Notes: generated from the letters alone by a model not told the origin. Positions 8,877 to 17,877 are shown, numbered from the stretch's first letter. The stretch is 24,000 nt of DNA from an uncultured cyanobacterium (GCA_963711165.1 CAVQDG010000052.1:52927-76926), one strand, 5' to 3'. Made by a program: numbers and translations.

Positions 8877-9002
8877 TGTAGATTCTTATACCTTGTTTAA
8901 AAAACAATTACTATATTTGCTTGGCTTATGCAGCATTATTTTAACTTGGGTAGTGCAGACAGTTCTGATACTGTTGGCGAATTAAACACCTAACCCTAAG
9001 CG

Positions 9003-9060
9003 CCCCCTTCCCTACTAGGGAAGGGGGAATTTCAAAGCCCCTCCCCTGGTAGGGGAGGGG
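9003..9060. terminator. Tandem C/G-rich hairpins, possible transcription terminator of the Rieske oxygenase gene or dispersed repeats
   Basis: cccccttcccta-c-tagggaaggggg (9003-9027) and cccctcccct-ggt-aggggagggg (9038-9060). Downstream of the minus-strand stop at 9132. Confidence 0.45.
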
Positions 9061-9131
9061 TTGGGGAGAGGTCAAACATCAATTCTGCCACCACCCAAGT
9101 CATAGATGTAAAGACGTAGAATGCTACGTCT

Positions 9132-10538
9132 CTACTTTTGATTATCTGGCAGATTTCGAGGTGGCACTTCCCGCCCCCGCTCAAACCGCCCCTCCAAATT
9201 TCCCAACCATAGCCATACAGAGCCTAAGCTTAAAGGAATAATCACCGAAGCAATTGTGACGAGCATCGTCGGTTGCCCAAAAGCCGAGTTAAACAAAGGT
9301 AGCATAGTTAATGCGATCGCACCGACAACCCCTATCCCCCACCTAATCCGTTTAATATTCCTAAGTGCCTGACTGCAACTAGCGCATTTAATTGTGTGGG
9401 AGTGATAACGGTCAAGTAAAACCTCTGTAGATAGAGGTGGCGAAAAGGTTTCCCCTGGAAATGGATCAGCTTGGTACTCATTCACCCACTTACGCAACGC
9501 GGTTACAAAAGTATCGGCGCGGGTGGGTAAATAAAATGCTTTAGCAAAATTAGCACCGCCACCCTTAGCTGCTAGATAACGCTCTTGGTAGTGCAGAAAG
9601 ATCTGATCATCTTCCAAAACGTTATTCTGTCCTAAATGCGAATACCAGCGCGGGGTAATTTTCAGGAATAAACCAGGCAACTTTGAGGAAAACTTAAATG
9701 GAAACCGCGCAAATATGCGACATTCTCCCTTGCGAATAGGAGTTGCGTAAACAACAGTTAAAGTTCTGCCAAATTGTTTCGATGTCAAGTCATGCCACAT
9801 TAAAGCTGGGGCAATAAAAGTTGTAAATTGTTTTCCCAGCGTACCTTTACGGGGACCTTCTTCCCAAATACCTTGAAAACCTTGCTTGTCGGCTTCTACA
9901 ACTTCCAATTCTACCGGAGCAGCATTAGTTCGATTGCCCACGGAACGATGATGAGTAAAGGGAACGTGACTAGCATCAAGAACATTTTCCAATAAAGTCA
10001 GGGCATCATAAGGTAAATCCCGAAAAGTGTTAAGGCAAATCCACTCATCAGGGGACTCCTCTATCGGTTCAATAATCGGAACTTTGACCTTAAAAGCGTT
10101 TTCCGGTTCACCTGGATAAACAAATAACAATCCTTGGCGTGTAACTGTAGGTAATGAGGCTACACAGGCTCGCTGGGATGCGTGGGCTTGGCTTTCTGCT
10201 TGCTGTTGAGGGATGCGATCGCACTTACCCTCTCCAGTAAACGCCCAACCGTGATAAGGGCATTCCAGCAACCCATCCTCAGCTATTCTGCCTTCCGAAA
10301 GTGGTGCTAGTCGATGAGGACATTGATCTGCCAACGCCCGCCAAGTATTTCCTTGTTTGTCCCACCAAATGACTAAATCTTGATCTAATAGTGTGAACTT
10401 ACTCGGTTTTGATTTGTCAAGATCCTCAATGTAGAAGACAGGATACCAAGCTTCTTTGCAGTCAAAACGAGTAGGGTCATTTCCACCAGCTAGAAACTGA
10501 TCGTTTTGTGTTGTTTCGATCCGCTTTTCAGCCAACAT
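9132..10538 (-). CDS. Rieske [2Fe-2S] non-heme iron oxygenase, pheophorbide a oxygenase / Tic55-like family
   Basis: Rieske motif CPHRLAPLSEGRI...CPYHGWAF. Mononuclear iron motif NVLDASHVPFTHH. Plant-type CxxC (CASC) at 9375-9386, followed by two C-terminal hydrophobic helices. 468 aa. Confidence 0.92.
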   Translation of the reverse strand: MLAEKRIETTQNDQFLAGGNDPTRFDCKEAWYPVFYIEDLDKSKPSKFTLLDQDLVIWWDKQGNTWRALADQCPHRLAPLSEGRIAEDGLLECPYHGWAFTGEGKCDRIPQQQAESQAHASQRACVASLPTVTRQGLLFVYPGEPENAFKVKVPIIEPIEESPDEWICLNTFRDLPYDALTLLENVLDASHVPFTHHRSVGNRTNAAPVELEVVEADKQGFQGIWEEGPRKGTLGKQFTTFIAPALMWHDLTSKQFGRTLTVVYATPIRKGECRIFARFPFKFSSKLPGLFLKITPRWYSHLGQNNVLEDDQIFLHYQERYLAAKGGGANFAKAFYLPTRADTFVTALRKWVNEYQADPFPGETFSPPLSTEVLLDRYHSHTIKCASCSQALRNIKRIRWGIGVVGAIALTMLPLFNSAFGQPTMLVTIASVIIPLSLGSVWLWLGNLEGRFERGREVPPRNLPDNQK

Positions 10539-10633
10539 TATTAAAATTTACCTTGATATAAAAGTTTTTCTTTATATATCGTAACAATTTGTTCAAATTG
10601 GTAACAATAGACCTCGTGGTTCCTTAGTTAATA

Positions 10634-10667
10634 GCCCCTCCCTCCTCCCTCCTCCCTCCTCCCTCCT
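10634..10667. repeat. Heptameric homopyrimidine tandem repeat (TCCTCCC)n
   Basis: cccctccctcctccctcctccctcctccctcct, period 7, in the divergent promoter region between 10538(-) and 10722(+). Confidence 0.8.
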
Positions 10668-10721
10668 GTGCGATCGCTTATGCCATCTTGGTAATAACTA
10701 AGCTTTAAATATTTCCTGATT

Positions 10722-11972
10722 ATGGATAGTACTACAACCGTAAAACAAGCTGACACACCAGCAACCGCCCATGAAATTTTGGATGTACAACAAACAAATT
10801 GCTGCATTGTCGGTGGTGGACCTGCTGGTGCTGTTTTAGCCCTAATTTTGGCACGTCAAGGCATCCCCGTAATACTCTTGGAAGCTCACAAAGACTTTGA
10901 GCGTGACTTTCGGGGTGACACAATTCATCCCTCAGTCATGGAGATTATGGAAGAACTAGGATTAGCCGACCGACTCTTAGAGTTGCCCCATTCCAAGCTG
11001 CATCAATTGACTATTAATACAGAAAATGACTCAGTTACAGTAGCTGACTTCAGCCGCCTAAAAACTCGGTATCCCTACATTATGGTGACACCCCAAGTTA
11101 AATTTCTCAACTTCATCACCGAGGAAGCAAAACGTTATCCAAACTTTGAGTTAATCACAGGAGCGAATGTACAGGAAATAATTGAGGAAGATGGAATTAT
11201 TAAAGGTGTGCGATATCGTGGACATGGTGGTTGGCATGAAGTCAGGGCAGTGCTTACTGTCGGTGCAGATGGTCGTCACTCTCGCTTACGTCAATTAGCT
11301 GGCTTTGTGCCAATTGAAACATCACCACCAATGGACGTGCTATGGTTTCGTTTGCCTCGTAAAGCAGAGGAAGCTCAAGGTTTGAGTGGTCGGTTTGGTA
11401 AAGGTCATATTGTAGCTATGCTTGACCGTTCTGAACAATGGCAGATTGCCTATGTTATCCCCAAAGGTCGTTATCAACAGTTGCGGACGGCTGGTTTAGA
11501 GGCGCTACGCCACTCACTTGTGGAAGTTGTGCCAGAGTTGAGCGATAGAGTAGAACAACTGCAAGATTGGTCACAAGTTGCTTTTCTCTCAGTAGAGTCT
11601 AATCGTCTTCCGCATTGGTATCGCCCTGGACTACTGTTAATTGGAGATGCAGCCCATGTGATGTCGCCCGTTGGAGGTGTAGGGATTAACTATGCTATTC
11701 AGGATGCAGTTGTAGCTGCAAATGTTTTAAGTAATGATTTAAAAACTGGCAAAGTTAAAGTTAGTCACTTAGCTGCTGTACAGCGACAGAGAGAAATACC
11801 CACGCGGGTTATTCAAAAGTTTCAGTCTGTAGTCCAGCAGCGCATATTTGCTCGTGTTCTCAATTCAAATCCATCTTTTCAGCTACCAGCTTTTCTACGG
11901 ATACCGATTCTGCGTGACTTACCAGCTAAATTAATTGCTTTTGGCATTTGGAAAGTCCACGTTAACAATTAA
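10722..11972 (+). CDS. FAD-dependent oxidoreductase / aromatic-ring-monooxygenase-like (PHBH fold)
   Basis: N-terminal dinucleotide-binding motif CCIVGGGPAGAVLALILARQGIPVILLEA, middle VGADGRHSRLRQLAG (DG motif), and FAD-ribityl motif GLLLIGDAAHVMSPVGGVGINYAIQDA. 416 aa. Confidence 0.93.
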   Translation: MDSTTTVKQADTPATAHEILDVQQTNCCIVGGGPAGAVLALILARQGIPVILLEAHKDFERDFRGDTIHPSVMEIMEELGLADRLLELPHSKLHQLTINTENDSVTVADFSRLKTRYPYIMVTPQVKFLNFITEEAKRYPNFELITGANVQEIIEEDGIIKGVRYRGHGGWHEVRAVLTVGADGRHSRLRQLAGFVPIETSPPMDVLWFRLPRKAEEAQGLSGRFGKGHIVAMLDRSEQWQIAYVIPKGRYQQLRTAGLEALRHSLVEVVPELSDRVEQLQDWSQVAFLSVESNRLPHWYRPGLLLIGDAAHVMSPVGGVGINYAIQDAVVAANVLSNDLKTGKVKVSHLAAVQRQREIPTRVIQKFQSVVQQRIFARVLNSNPSFQLPAFLRIPILRDLPAKLIAFGIWKVHVNN

Positions 11973-11999
11973 CAATTAACAATTATCAATTAACAATTA
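11961..11999. repeat. Heptameric STRR (TTAACAA family)
   Basis: gttaacaattaacaattaacaattatcaattaacaatta, overlapping the end of the FAD oxidoreductase gene. Confidence 0.75.
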
Positions 12000-12000
12000 C

Positions 12001-12068
12001 CCCCTTAGTGAAATTTCTGGTTTGAAATAACTAAGATTTTTTTGATTTTCCCTAACTTCACTTAGGGG
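12001..12068. repeat. Inverted repeat ccccttagtgaa...ttcacttagggg
   Basis: 12-bp arms at 12001-12012 and 12057-12068, 11/12 complementary, just downstream of the FAD oxidoreductase stop. Confidence 0.5.
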
Positions 12069-12110
12069 CTGATAAGTAGCTCCACATTAAAAAAGATAAA
12101 ATGCCAATCT

Positions 12111-12137
12111 CCCCCTCCCCTTAATAAGGGGAGGGGG
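12111..12137. repeat. G/C-rich palindrome ccccctcccctta-a-taaggggaggggg
   Basis: Perfect 13-bp arms around a 1-nt centre. Possibly the core of a larger MITE-like element (about 12073-12180) with weakly matching ends taagtag.../...ctactta. Confidence 0.6.
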
Positions 12138-12385
12138 TTGGGGGGTGGGGTAATGCGTTTAATTAGGTTGACCTACTTACCTATAGTAAAAATTTTGGGC
12201 AAAGAACATTATAACTAATTGATTGGTTAAGGAAGACAAAACTTGATTAAAAATAGTTAAGAAATATTAAATTTACCTAAAAACTACTAGATTAGCTGAC
12301 AATAAAGCCATTGGGAGGTAAAAGGTAAATTTCACTGATACTCTATTCCTACCATACAACACCATACTTCTAACTCTAACTAGCA

Positions 12386-13792
12386 ATGGCTGCGAAATCT
12401 TTGTTCTCGTTTTCTGCTGGTAAATCAGACCGTCAGGAATTAGATATCAAGCTGTGGTTGGTTTTAATTACAGGATTAGCCGTCACATTCATCATCTATG
12501 CCTTAGTACTTTCTATTAAAAGCAGCTTCTTAGGTGTACTTTTATACGAGCGTGGATTTACTCAAGTTCTAGCCATTCTGTTTGGGGCAATGGTGATGAG
12601 TATTACTACTTTAAAGCTAGTGAAAATTCAAACCGAATTAAAGGCTCTGAGAAAGGATCTTATTCCTCAGAGCGTTTCCCTAGAAGACCCCAAATCGCTC
12701 CAAGTTAAAAATCTTCAGCAATCCTTAACCAACGAGAAAAGTTTATTAGCTCGTCGTTGTAGTCGGGTTCTCGCTGCATATATAATTTCAGGAAATCGCC
12801 AAGCTGCAACTGAATTCGCTATTGAAGATTCGACCTTTTATAGCAGCACCTCAGACACTTCCTATTCCGTAGCTCGTATTCTCGTTTGGGCAATTCCCCT
12901 GTTAGGATTTATCGGGACAGTTGTTGGGATTAGCGGTGCTGTCAATGGGTTTAGTGGATTTCTGGAACAATCTGGTGATATTGAACAAATTAAGCAAGGC
13001 ATTGGTGGTGTCACCAGTGGGTTAGCAGTTGCATTTGACACCACGCTACTAGCTTTGTTTATCAGTGTGTTGGTTATGATTCCCCTAGTGTTAGTCGAGC
13101 GTCAGGAATCACGGTTATTGCTGGCAATTGATATCTACATCAATGACCAACTCTTTCCCCGCCTCAGAGAGTCTGAATCTCTCAATCAGGCGATGGTTGA
13201 CGATGCGATTGTTCAGGCATTTAAAAAACACCTTCCTTCCCCAGAGGCACTGATTCAACCTGCTCAAGAGTATGCTAAACAAGCCGCAGAAGCTTTAGCT
13301 AAAGGTTTTGTGGCTGAGGTGGGTAAAGTTCAGATGACAACCAACAAGTTGATGCAGCAGATGAATGCTTACAATCAAATGGCTGTCAAAGACCGAGAAA
13401 ACTTTCTTGCGACTTTAACCCAACAACAACAAACCAGCCAGGATTTAGTGCAAGAAATCCAGTTAATCAGCACTGCTATTCAAGAGAATTATCAAAATGT
13501 TAACTACAATTTTAATCAACATACCGAACATATCAGTAAAGAATTACAACAAGCGGCAATGGCTCTAGATAGTCGGATTGCTGCATTACAAGATTGCGCG
13601 ACTCAAGTAGCTAGGATTGCTGAACTCCAGCATAGTCTAGACCAGAGTTTGCAAGCTTTAGAACAAACTGCACAACTAGAGCGAGTGTTGGGTGAAGTGA
13701 GAACAAATCTGGCGATGTTGAAACCAGTCCTTCAACAACTTAACAAACCACGCCGAATAACTTTAGTTGAAGCTGAGGATAATTTAGCTTGA
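12386..13792 (+). CDS. MotA/TolQ/ExbB proton-channel family protein with long C-terminal coiled-coil tail
   Basis: Two N-terminal hydrophobic helices. Then the diagnostic ExbB/TolQ/MotA helices AIPLLGFIGTVVGISGAVNGFSGF and GGVTSGLAVAFDTTLLALFISVLVMIPLVLVERQE. About 210 aa of Q/E/A-rich predicted coiled coil follow. 468 aa. Confidence 0.85.
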   Translation: MAAKSLFSFSAGKSDRQELDIKLWLVLITGLAVTFIIYALVLSIKSSFLGVLLYERGFTQVLAILFGAMVMSITTLKLVKIQTELKALRKDLIPQSVSLEDPKSLQVKNLQQSLTNEKSLLARRCSRVLAAYIISGNRQAATEFAIEDSTFYSSTSDTSYSVARILVWAIPLLGFIGTVVGISGAVNGFSGFLEQSGDIEQIKQGIGGVTSGLAVAFDTTLLALFISVLVMIPLVLVERQESRLLLAIDIYINDQLFPRLRESESLNQAMVDDAIVQAFKKHLPSPEALIQPAQEYAKQAAEALAKGFVAEVGKVQMTTNKLMQQMNAYNQMAVKDRENFLATLTQQQQTSQDLVQEIQLISTAIQENYQNVNYNFNQHTEHISKELQQAAMALDSRIAALQDCATQVARIAELQHSLDQSLQALEQTAQLERVLGEVRTNLAMLKPVLQQLNKPRRITLVEAEDNLA

Positions 13793-13795
13793 GCT

Positions 13796-14260
13796 ATGCC
13801 AAGAAAAAGATTCCCCGCTCGGTCAACAATTGAACCTGAACTTTTCCCCTTCCTCTCAATTTTGGTTTGCACCATTGGGGTATTGATTCTATTAATTATT
13901 GTTATGACTTCTCAAACTATGAGTAGCCAGAGAAAGATTACTATTGTCGCCAAAAGCGAGAACGGACAAAATGGCAGCAAACAGCCCCGCTATATTGAGT
14001 GTCGTGGGGATGGGATTGTTCTGTATCCTAGCAAAGAATTTGTGACTCGCTCAGAGATTAGCAGTAACTCATCTCTATTACAAAACTTATTGCAAGAAAT
14101 CCAAGCTAATCAAGATACTCAATATTTAATTTTAGCAGTTAGACCTGATGGAATTGAGGTATTTAAGATGGTCAGAGTTCTAGTGGAATCACAAGGGATT
14201 AATATTGGCTACGAACCGATTGATGAGGGATGGGATTTAAATATTGAAACAGCACCCTAG
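13796..14260 (+). CDS. ExbD/TolR-like single-pass membrane protein lacking the channel Asp (Ser at that position)
   Basis: 154 aa, starting 3 bp after the ExbB-like stop. One TM helix, EPELFPFLSILVCTIGVLILLIIVM. The C-terminal domain VLYP...YLILAVRPDGIEVFKMVRVLVESQGINIGYEP is paralogous to that of the next gene. Confidence 0.65.
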   Translation: MPRKRFPARSTIEPELFPFLSILVCTIGVLILLIIVMTSQTMSSQRKITIVAKSENGQNGSKQPRYIECRGDGIVLYPSKEFVTRSEISSNSSLLQNLLQEIQANQDTQYLILAVRPDGIEVFKMVRVLVESQGINIGYEPIDEGWDLNIETAP

Positions 14261-14306
14261 CTTGCTCCAAAACCTATTAATTTCCCCAAAGCTTTCAGGC
14301 ACTTAA

Positions 14307-15002
14307 ATGAGAAGAATTCGTTCTTTCAGATCTCACCGACCACAGCAGAACCTAGATTCCTTCTTAGATATCTTGACTAATACAGTTGGGGTATTGATGT
14401 TTATTAGCCTTTTCATCACCTTAGTAGCCGTCCAATCGAGTACCATAGTTCGCACTCCTTTGGTGACTAAAACGGAGAAAAAAGGACATTTTTTTGAGGT
14501 GCGCGGCAATCAAGTTATGTATCTTGATGATGCTTCAGTCGATGAACAAATCAGTGAGTTTGTTAGGAACTTACCGACTTGCACTAGACCAAGCTATAGT
14601 TTAGATGCTGGCGATAGCTATCTTCAGGAATTAACCAGCTATCAAAATTGTCTATCAGATACAAGCGAACAATTGAAGGAGTTTAGAGCGCAAACCAAGT
14701 ATTACGAAGTCGAGTTACTTGATATAGAATCAGTGTCATGGCAATACACCCCCAAATCCGATATTGCTGGAGAAGCAACTCAAGAATTAGCTAAATCTAA
14801 TTCTGAGTATCGACAGGCTTTGGCGCAACTAAATCCCCAGCAAGATTATCTCGCATTTCTGGTGCGACCCGATAGTTTTGTCGCTTTCCGCCAAGCTAGA
14901 GAAATCGCATGGAAAGCGAAATTTGATGTAGGTTGGGAACCCAAAACACCAGATGCCCCGATTATTTTTGGTTCTGGTGGCAGAGCGGTAGGAGTACAGT
15001 AA
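14307..15002 (+). CDS. ExbD/TolR-like single-pass membrane protein with putative channel Asp
   Basis: 231 aa. TM helix LDSFLDILTNTVGVLMFISLFITL. C-terminal YLAFLVRPDSFVAFRQAREIAWKAKFDVGWEPK. FLxILxxTxGVL and RPDxxxxF...GxEP are shared with the preceding ORF. Confidence 0.65.
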   Translation: MRRIRSFRSHRPQQNLDSFLDILTNTVGVLMFISLFITLVAVQSSTIVRTPLVTKTEKKGHFFEVRGNQVMYLDDASVDEQISEFVRNLPTCTRPSYSLDAGDSYLQELTSYQNCLSDTSEQLKEFRAQTKYYEVELLDIESVSWQYTPKSDIAGEATQELAKSNSEYRQALAQLNPQQDYLAFLVRPDSFVAFRQAREIAWKAKFDVGWEPKTPDAPIIFGSGGRAVGVQ

Positions 15003-15016
15003 GACTTTTGAAATCA

Positions 15017-15057
15017 ATAATTGTTGCTCATTGATAATTGCTAATTGCTAATTGCTA
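15017..15057. repeat. Heptameric STRR (ATTGCTA / ATTGATA family)
   Basis: ttgctcattgataattgctaattgctaattgcta between convergent genes. Confidence 0.65.
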
Positions 15058-17614
15058 AAGAAATTATCTTTTCATCGGGATTTAGTTGAATAATGCGATC
15101 GCCTGTGCCATCTTTACCCAATAACGGTACTTGATCGGCAGTCAAACGCAAATAACGCTGTGTACTGGTTATTAATACCACTTCCGATGCTGGTTGCACT
15201 AATATTACTCCAGCTATAGCATCCTGCTTGCTGGTAAACTGAAACGATTGAGTCCCAATATCTGCACGATTTGCTAATCTTAAAGCATTTATCGGTAAAC
15301 GTTTACCATATCCGAGTTGAGAAACCAGCAACAAGTTATCATTAATAGTGACACTCATCGCACTAACTAAATGCTCTGCCCGACCAAGACGTAATGCTTG
15401 TAAACCCTGGGCTGTGCGTCCCATCACAGGTAGTTGTTGATCGTTCACTAAAAATCGCAGTAATCTACCACCGGAAGTTGCTAATACTACCTGTTCACGT
15501 TCTTTTGTGAAGTTAACAAAGGATAATTGATCATCTTCCTTTAGTTTAATTATTGTTAAACCACGATTAGTTAGATTAGTCAGATCTGAAGCTTGTAGAC
15601 GCTTAATTTGCCCTTTCTGAGTCACTAAAACCAAGTTAGCTGCTGCTGGTGCATCTGAGAGGAAAAAGTGTTTTACTATACCTTCTGAGGCTGCTGGCAG
15701 CAAGGTAATTAATGGTGTTCCCCGTGAACTACTAGATGTTGGGGGAATGTCACGCACTCTGACAGGGTAAGCTTTACCACTGCTAGTTAATACTACTAAC
15801 TCTGCTTGTGATCCAATTATCTTAGTATTAGTTATAAAATCATTACTGGCTTTTGAAGCAGCAGCTTTGCCACCATTTTTGGGCAGTCGTCGCACATACC
15901 CTTTTTGGGTAAATTCTAAAACAACTTCTGTTTCTGGAGGTTCAGTATTAATAATTTGTAGTTGTGCAGGCGAGTCATCAATTTTGGGCGTTTTAGTAGT
16001 AGTTGACTTGCGGCGCTTGGAAACTAAATCGCTGCTAACTTCTGGCTGCTCAATTTTGGATGGGCTAACTGGCTGTTTTTGATTATTAACAATTAATTTA
16101 GTGCGACGAGGATCGGCATATTTACGTTTTATTGCCCTTAAATCCTTTTTGAGAGTTTTTAACAACTCTTGGCGATCGCTCAGTAACCGCTTCAACAATT
16201 CAATCCGCTTACTTAGTTCGTCAAACTCTGCTTGTAAGTTCTTCCGATCTATACCCGTCAGACGGCGCATCGGCATTGATAAAATTGCGTCTGTTTGAGT
16301 ATCACTAAAATTAAACTGGCTTTGTAATGTAACTTTAGCAGTAGTACCATCAGGAGCATTTCTGAGCAGATCAATTATGCCATCTAACTGACCTAATGCT
16401 AGTAGTAATCCTTCTACTAAATGCCCGCGTTTTTGAGCTTGTTCTAATTCATAATTATATTGCTTAGTCAGGGTTTGTTCGCGGAAATTGAGAAACTCCT
16501 GCAACATTTGGCGCAGAGTTAACTGGCGAGGTTGTCCATCAACTAATGCTAGTAAGATCGCTCCAAAGTTACTTTGTAGTGCTGTTTGTCTATAAAGTTG
16601 GTCGAGGACTGTATTGGGATTAGTATCGCGTTTAATTTCTATTACTACGCGCATTCCTTCGCGATCGCTTTCGTCTCGCAGATCGGCAATTCCCTCGATT
16701 TTGCCATTATTTACCAGTTCTGCTACCTTTTCAATCCAAGCTGCCTTATTTACCTGGAAAGGTAACTCTGTCACCACAAGTGGTATCCGTCGCTGACGGG
16801 ATCTTTTCGATTTAGTAGCAGTAGCACCACTCGATTCTGATTCGCCATCCTCAATCTTAGCAACTCCCCGCAACGGGATACTACCACGCCCAGTTGTGTA
16901 AGCTTCTCTAATTCCTTCAATTCCCAGAATTTCTCCCCCTGTGGGGAAATCTGGACCTGGAATTAGTTCCCATAACTTCTGATCAGAAAGATCAGGTTTA
17001 TCAATTAAGGCAACTAAACCATCTACCACTTCACCCAAATTATGTGGTGGAATATTGGTTGCCATACCAACAGCAATACCCGAAGAACCGTTGAGTAATA
17101 ATATTGGCAGTTGTGCTGGTAATACAGTTGGTTCTTGTTGAGAGTTATCAAAATTGCCGATAAAATCAACCGTTGCTTCACCAATTTCACTCAGCAACCC
17201 TTCATGGCTAATTGGGGAAAGGCGCGTTTCAGTGTAACGCATAGCTGCTGCTGGGTCGTTATCCACTGAACCAAAGTTGCCATGACCAGCAAGTAGTGGA
17301 TAACGACTAGAGAAGTCTTGCACCATCCGCACTAAGGCATCATAAACAGCCTGATCGCCGTGGGGATGATATTTACCTAATACGTCCCCGACTACACGGG
17401 CGCATTTCCGGTAAGGTCGATCTGGAGTTAAACCGAGTTCGTGCATTGCATAGATAATGCGCCGATGCACTGGTTTTAAGCCATCGCGGACATCGGGTAA
17501 AGCTCTCCCAACAATCACACTCATGGCATATTCAAGATAAGACCGTTGCATCTCTATATGCAGTGGTGTGGGGATAATCTGACCGCCTGCTAGCAGGTTC
17601 AGTTGTTTTGCCAT
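15041..17614 (-). CDS. gyrA: Type IIA topoisomerase subunit A (DNA gyrase A / topoisomerase IV A-like)
   Basis: [64 protein letters not shown], catalytic [11 protein letters not shown], and C-terminal beta-propeller blades ([45 protein letters not shown]). Whether it is gyrA or parC cannot be settled here. Confidence 0.88.
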   Translation of the reverse strand: MAKQLNLLAGGQIIPTPLHIEMQRSYLEYAMSVIVGRALPDVRDGLKPVHRRIIYAMHELGLTPDRPYRKCARVVGDVLGKYHPHGDQAVYDALVRMVQDFSSRYPLLAGHGNFGSVDNDPAAAMRYTETRLSPISHEGLLSEIGEATVDFIGNFDNSQQEPTVLPAQLPILLLNGSSGIAVGMATNIPPHNLGEVVDGLVALIDKPDLSDQKLWELIPGPDFPTGGEILGIEGIREAYTTGRGSIPLRGVAKIEDGESESSGATATKSKRSRQRRIPLVVTELPFQVNKAAWIEKVAELVNNGKIEGIADLRDESDREGMRVVIEIKRDTNPNTVLDQLYRQTALQSNFGAILLALVDGQPRQLTLRQMLQEFLNFREQTLTKQYNYELEQAQKRGHLVEGLLLALGQLDGIIDLLRNAPDGTTAKVTLQSQFNFSDTQTDAILSMPMRRLTGIDRKNLQAEFDELSKRIELLKRLLSDRQELLKTLKKDLRAIKRKYADPRRTKLIVNNQKQPVSPSKIEQPEVSSDLVSKRRKSTTTKTPKIDDSPAQLQIINTEPPETEVVLEFTQKGYVRRLPKNGGKAAASKASNDFITNTKIIGSQAELVVLTSSGKAYPVRVRDIPPTSSSSRGTPLITLLPAASEGIVKHFFLSDAPAAANLVLVTQKGQIKRLQASDLTNLTNRGLTIIKLKEDDQLSFVNFTKEREQVVLATSGGRLLRFLVNDQQLPVMGRTAQGLQALRLGRAEHLVSAMSVTINDNLLLVSQLGYGKRLPINALRLANRADIGTQSFQFTSKQDAIAGVILVQPASEVVLITSTQRYLRLTADQVPLLGKDGTGDRIIQLNPDEKIISLAISN

Positions 17615-17815
17615 GAGTTCTGTTTCCTATTAATTTTTAATATTTACCTGTATTTATCAGAAAATACGGATCGTCTGATTAATGTTTGTTTTACTACTGT
17701 TCACAGTAGGATGGAACCGCACGCTTGTTATATTTCAGTGATATAGCAATCGCCAGGGAGGTTAGGGCATTTTTTATTATTGAAACCCTTGGGAATATTG
17801 GCGCAGGATTAAAGC

Positions 17816-17854
17816 TGATTGCTGATAGCTGACTGCTGACTGCTATATATAAAA
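17816..17854. repeat. Degenerate tandem repeat (GCTGA(T/C)TGCTGA)
   Basis: gctgattgctgatagctgactgctgactgctatata upstream of the response regulator. Confidence 0.5.
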
Positions 17855-17877
17855 TCTCTACCACAAGGTAAACCTAG

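Noticed and set aside
8545-8985. ORF on + strand, 146 aa
   Set aside because: Antisense to the well-supported ABC ATPase (Walker A region). The composition is a shadow of the opposite-strand coding frame and no domain is seen.
12386-15002. Zorya anti-phage system
   Set aside because: The channel subunit has a ZorA-like layout, but the partners lack an OmpA-like peptidoglycan-binding domain, and there is no ZorC/ZorD helicase or ZorE nuclease gene nearby. The downstream gene is a topoisomerase on the opposite strand. Kept only as an uncharacterised motor cassette.
3512-15057. CRISPR array suggested by multiple short AT-rich repeats
   Set aside because: The repeats are contiguous 7-bp tandem units (STRR) with no spacers of 30-40 bp between longer repeats, and no cas genes are present.
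15867-16796. Small + strand ORFs inside the gyrA-like gene
   Set aside because: Antisense to a strongly conserved topoisomerase reading frame.
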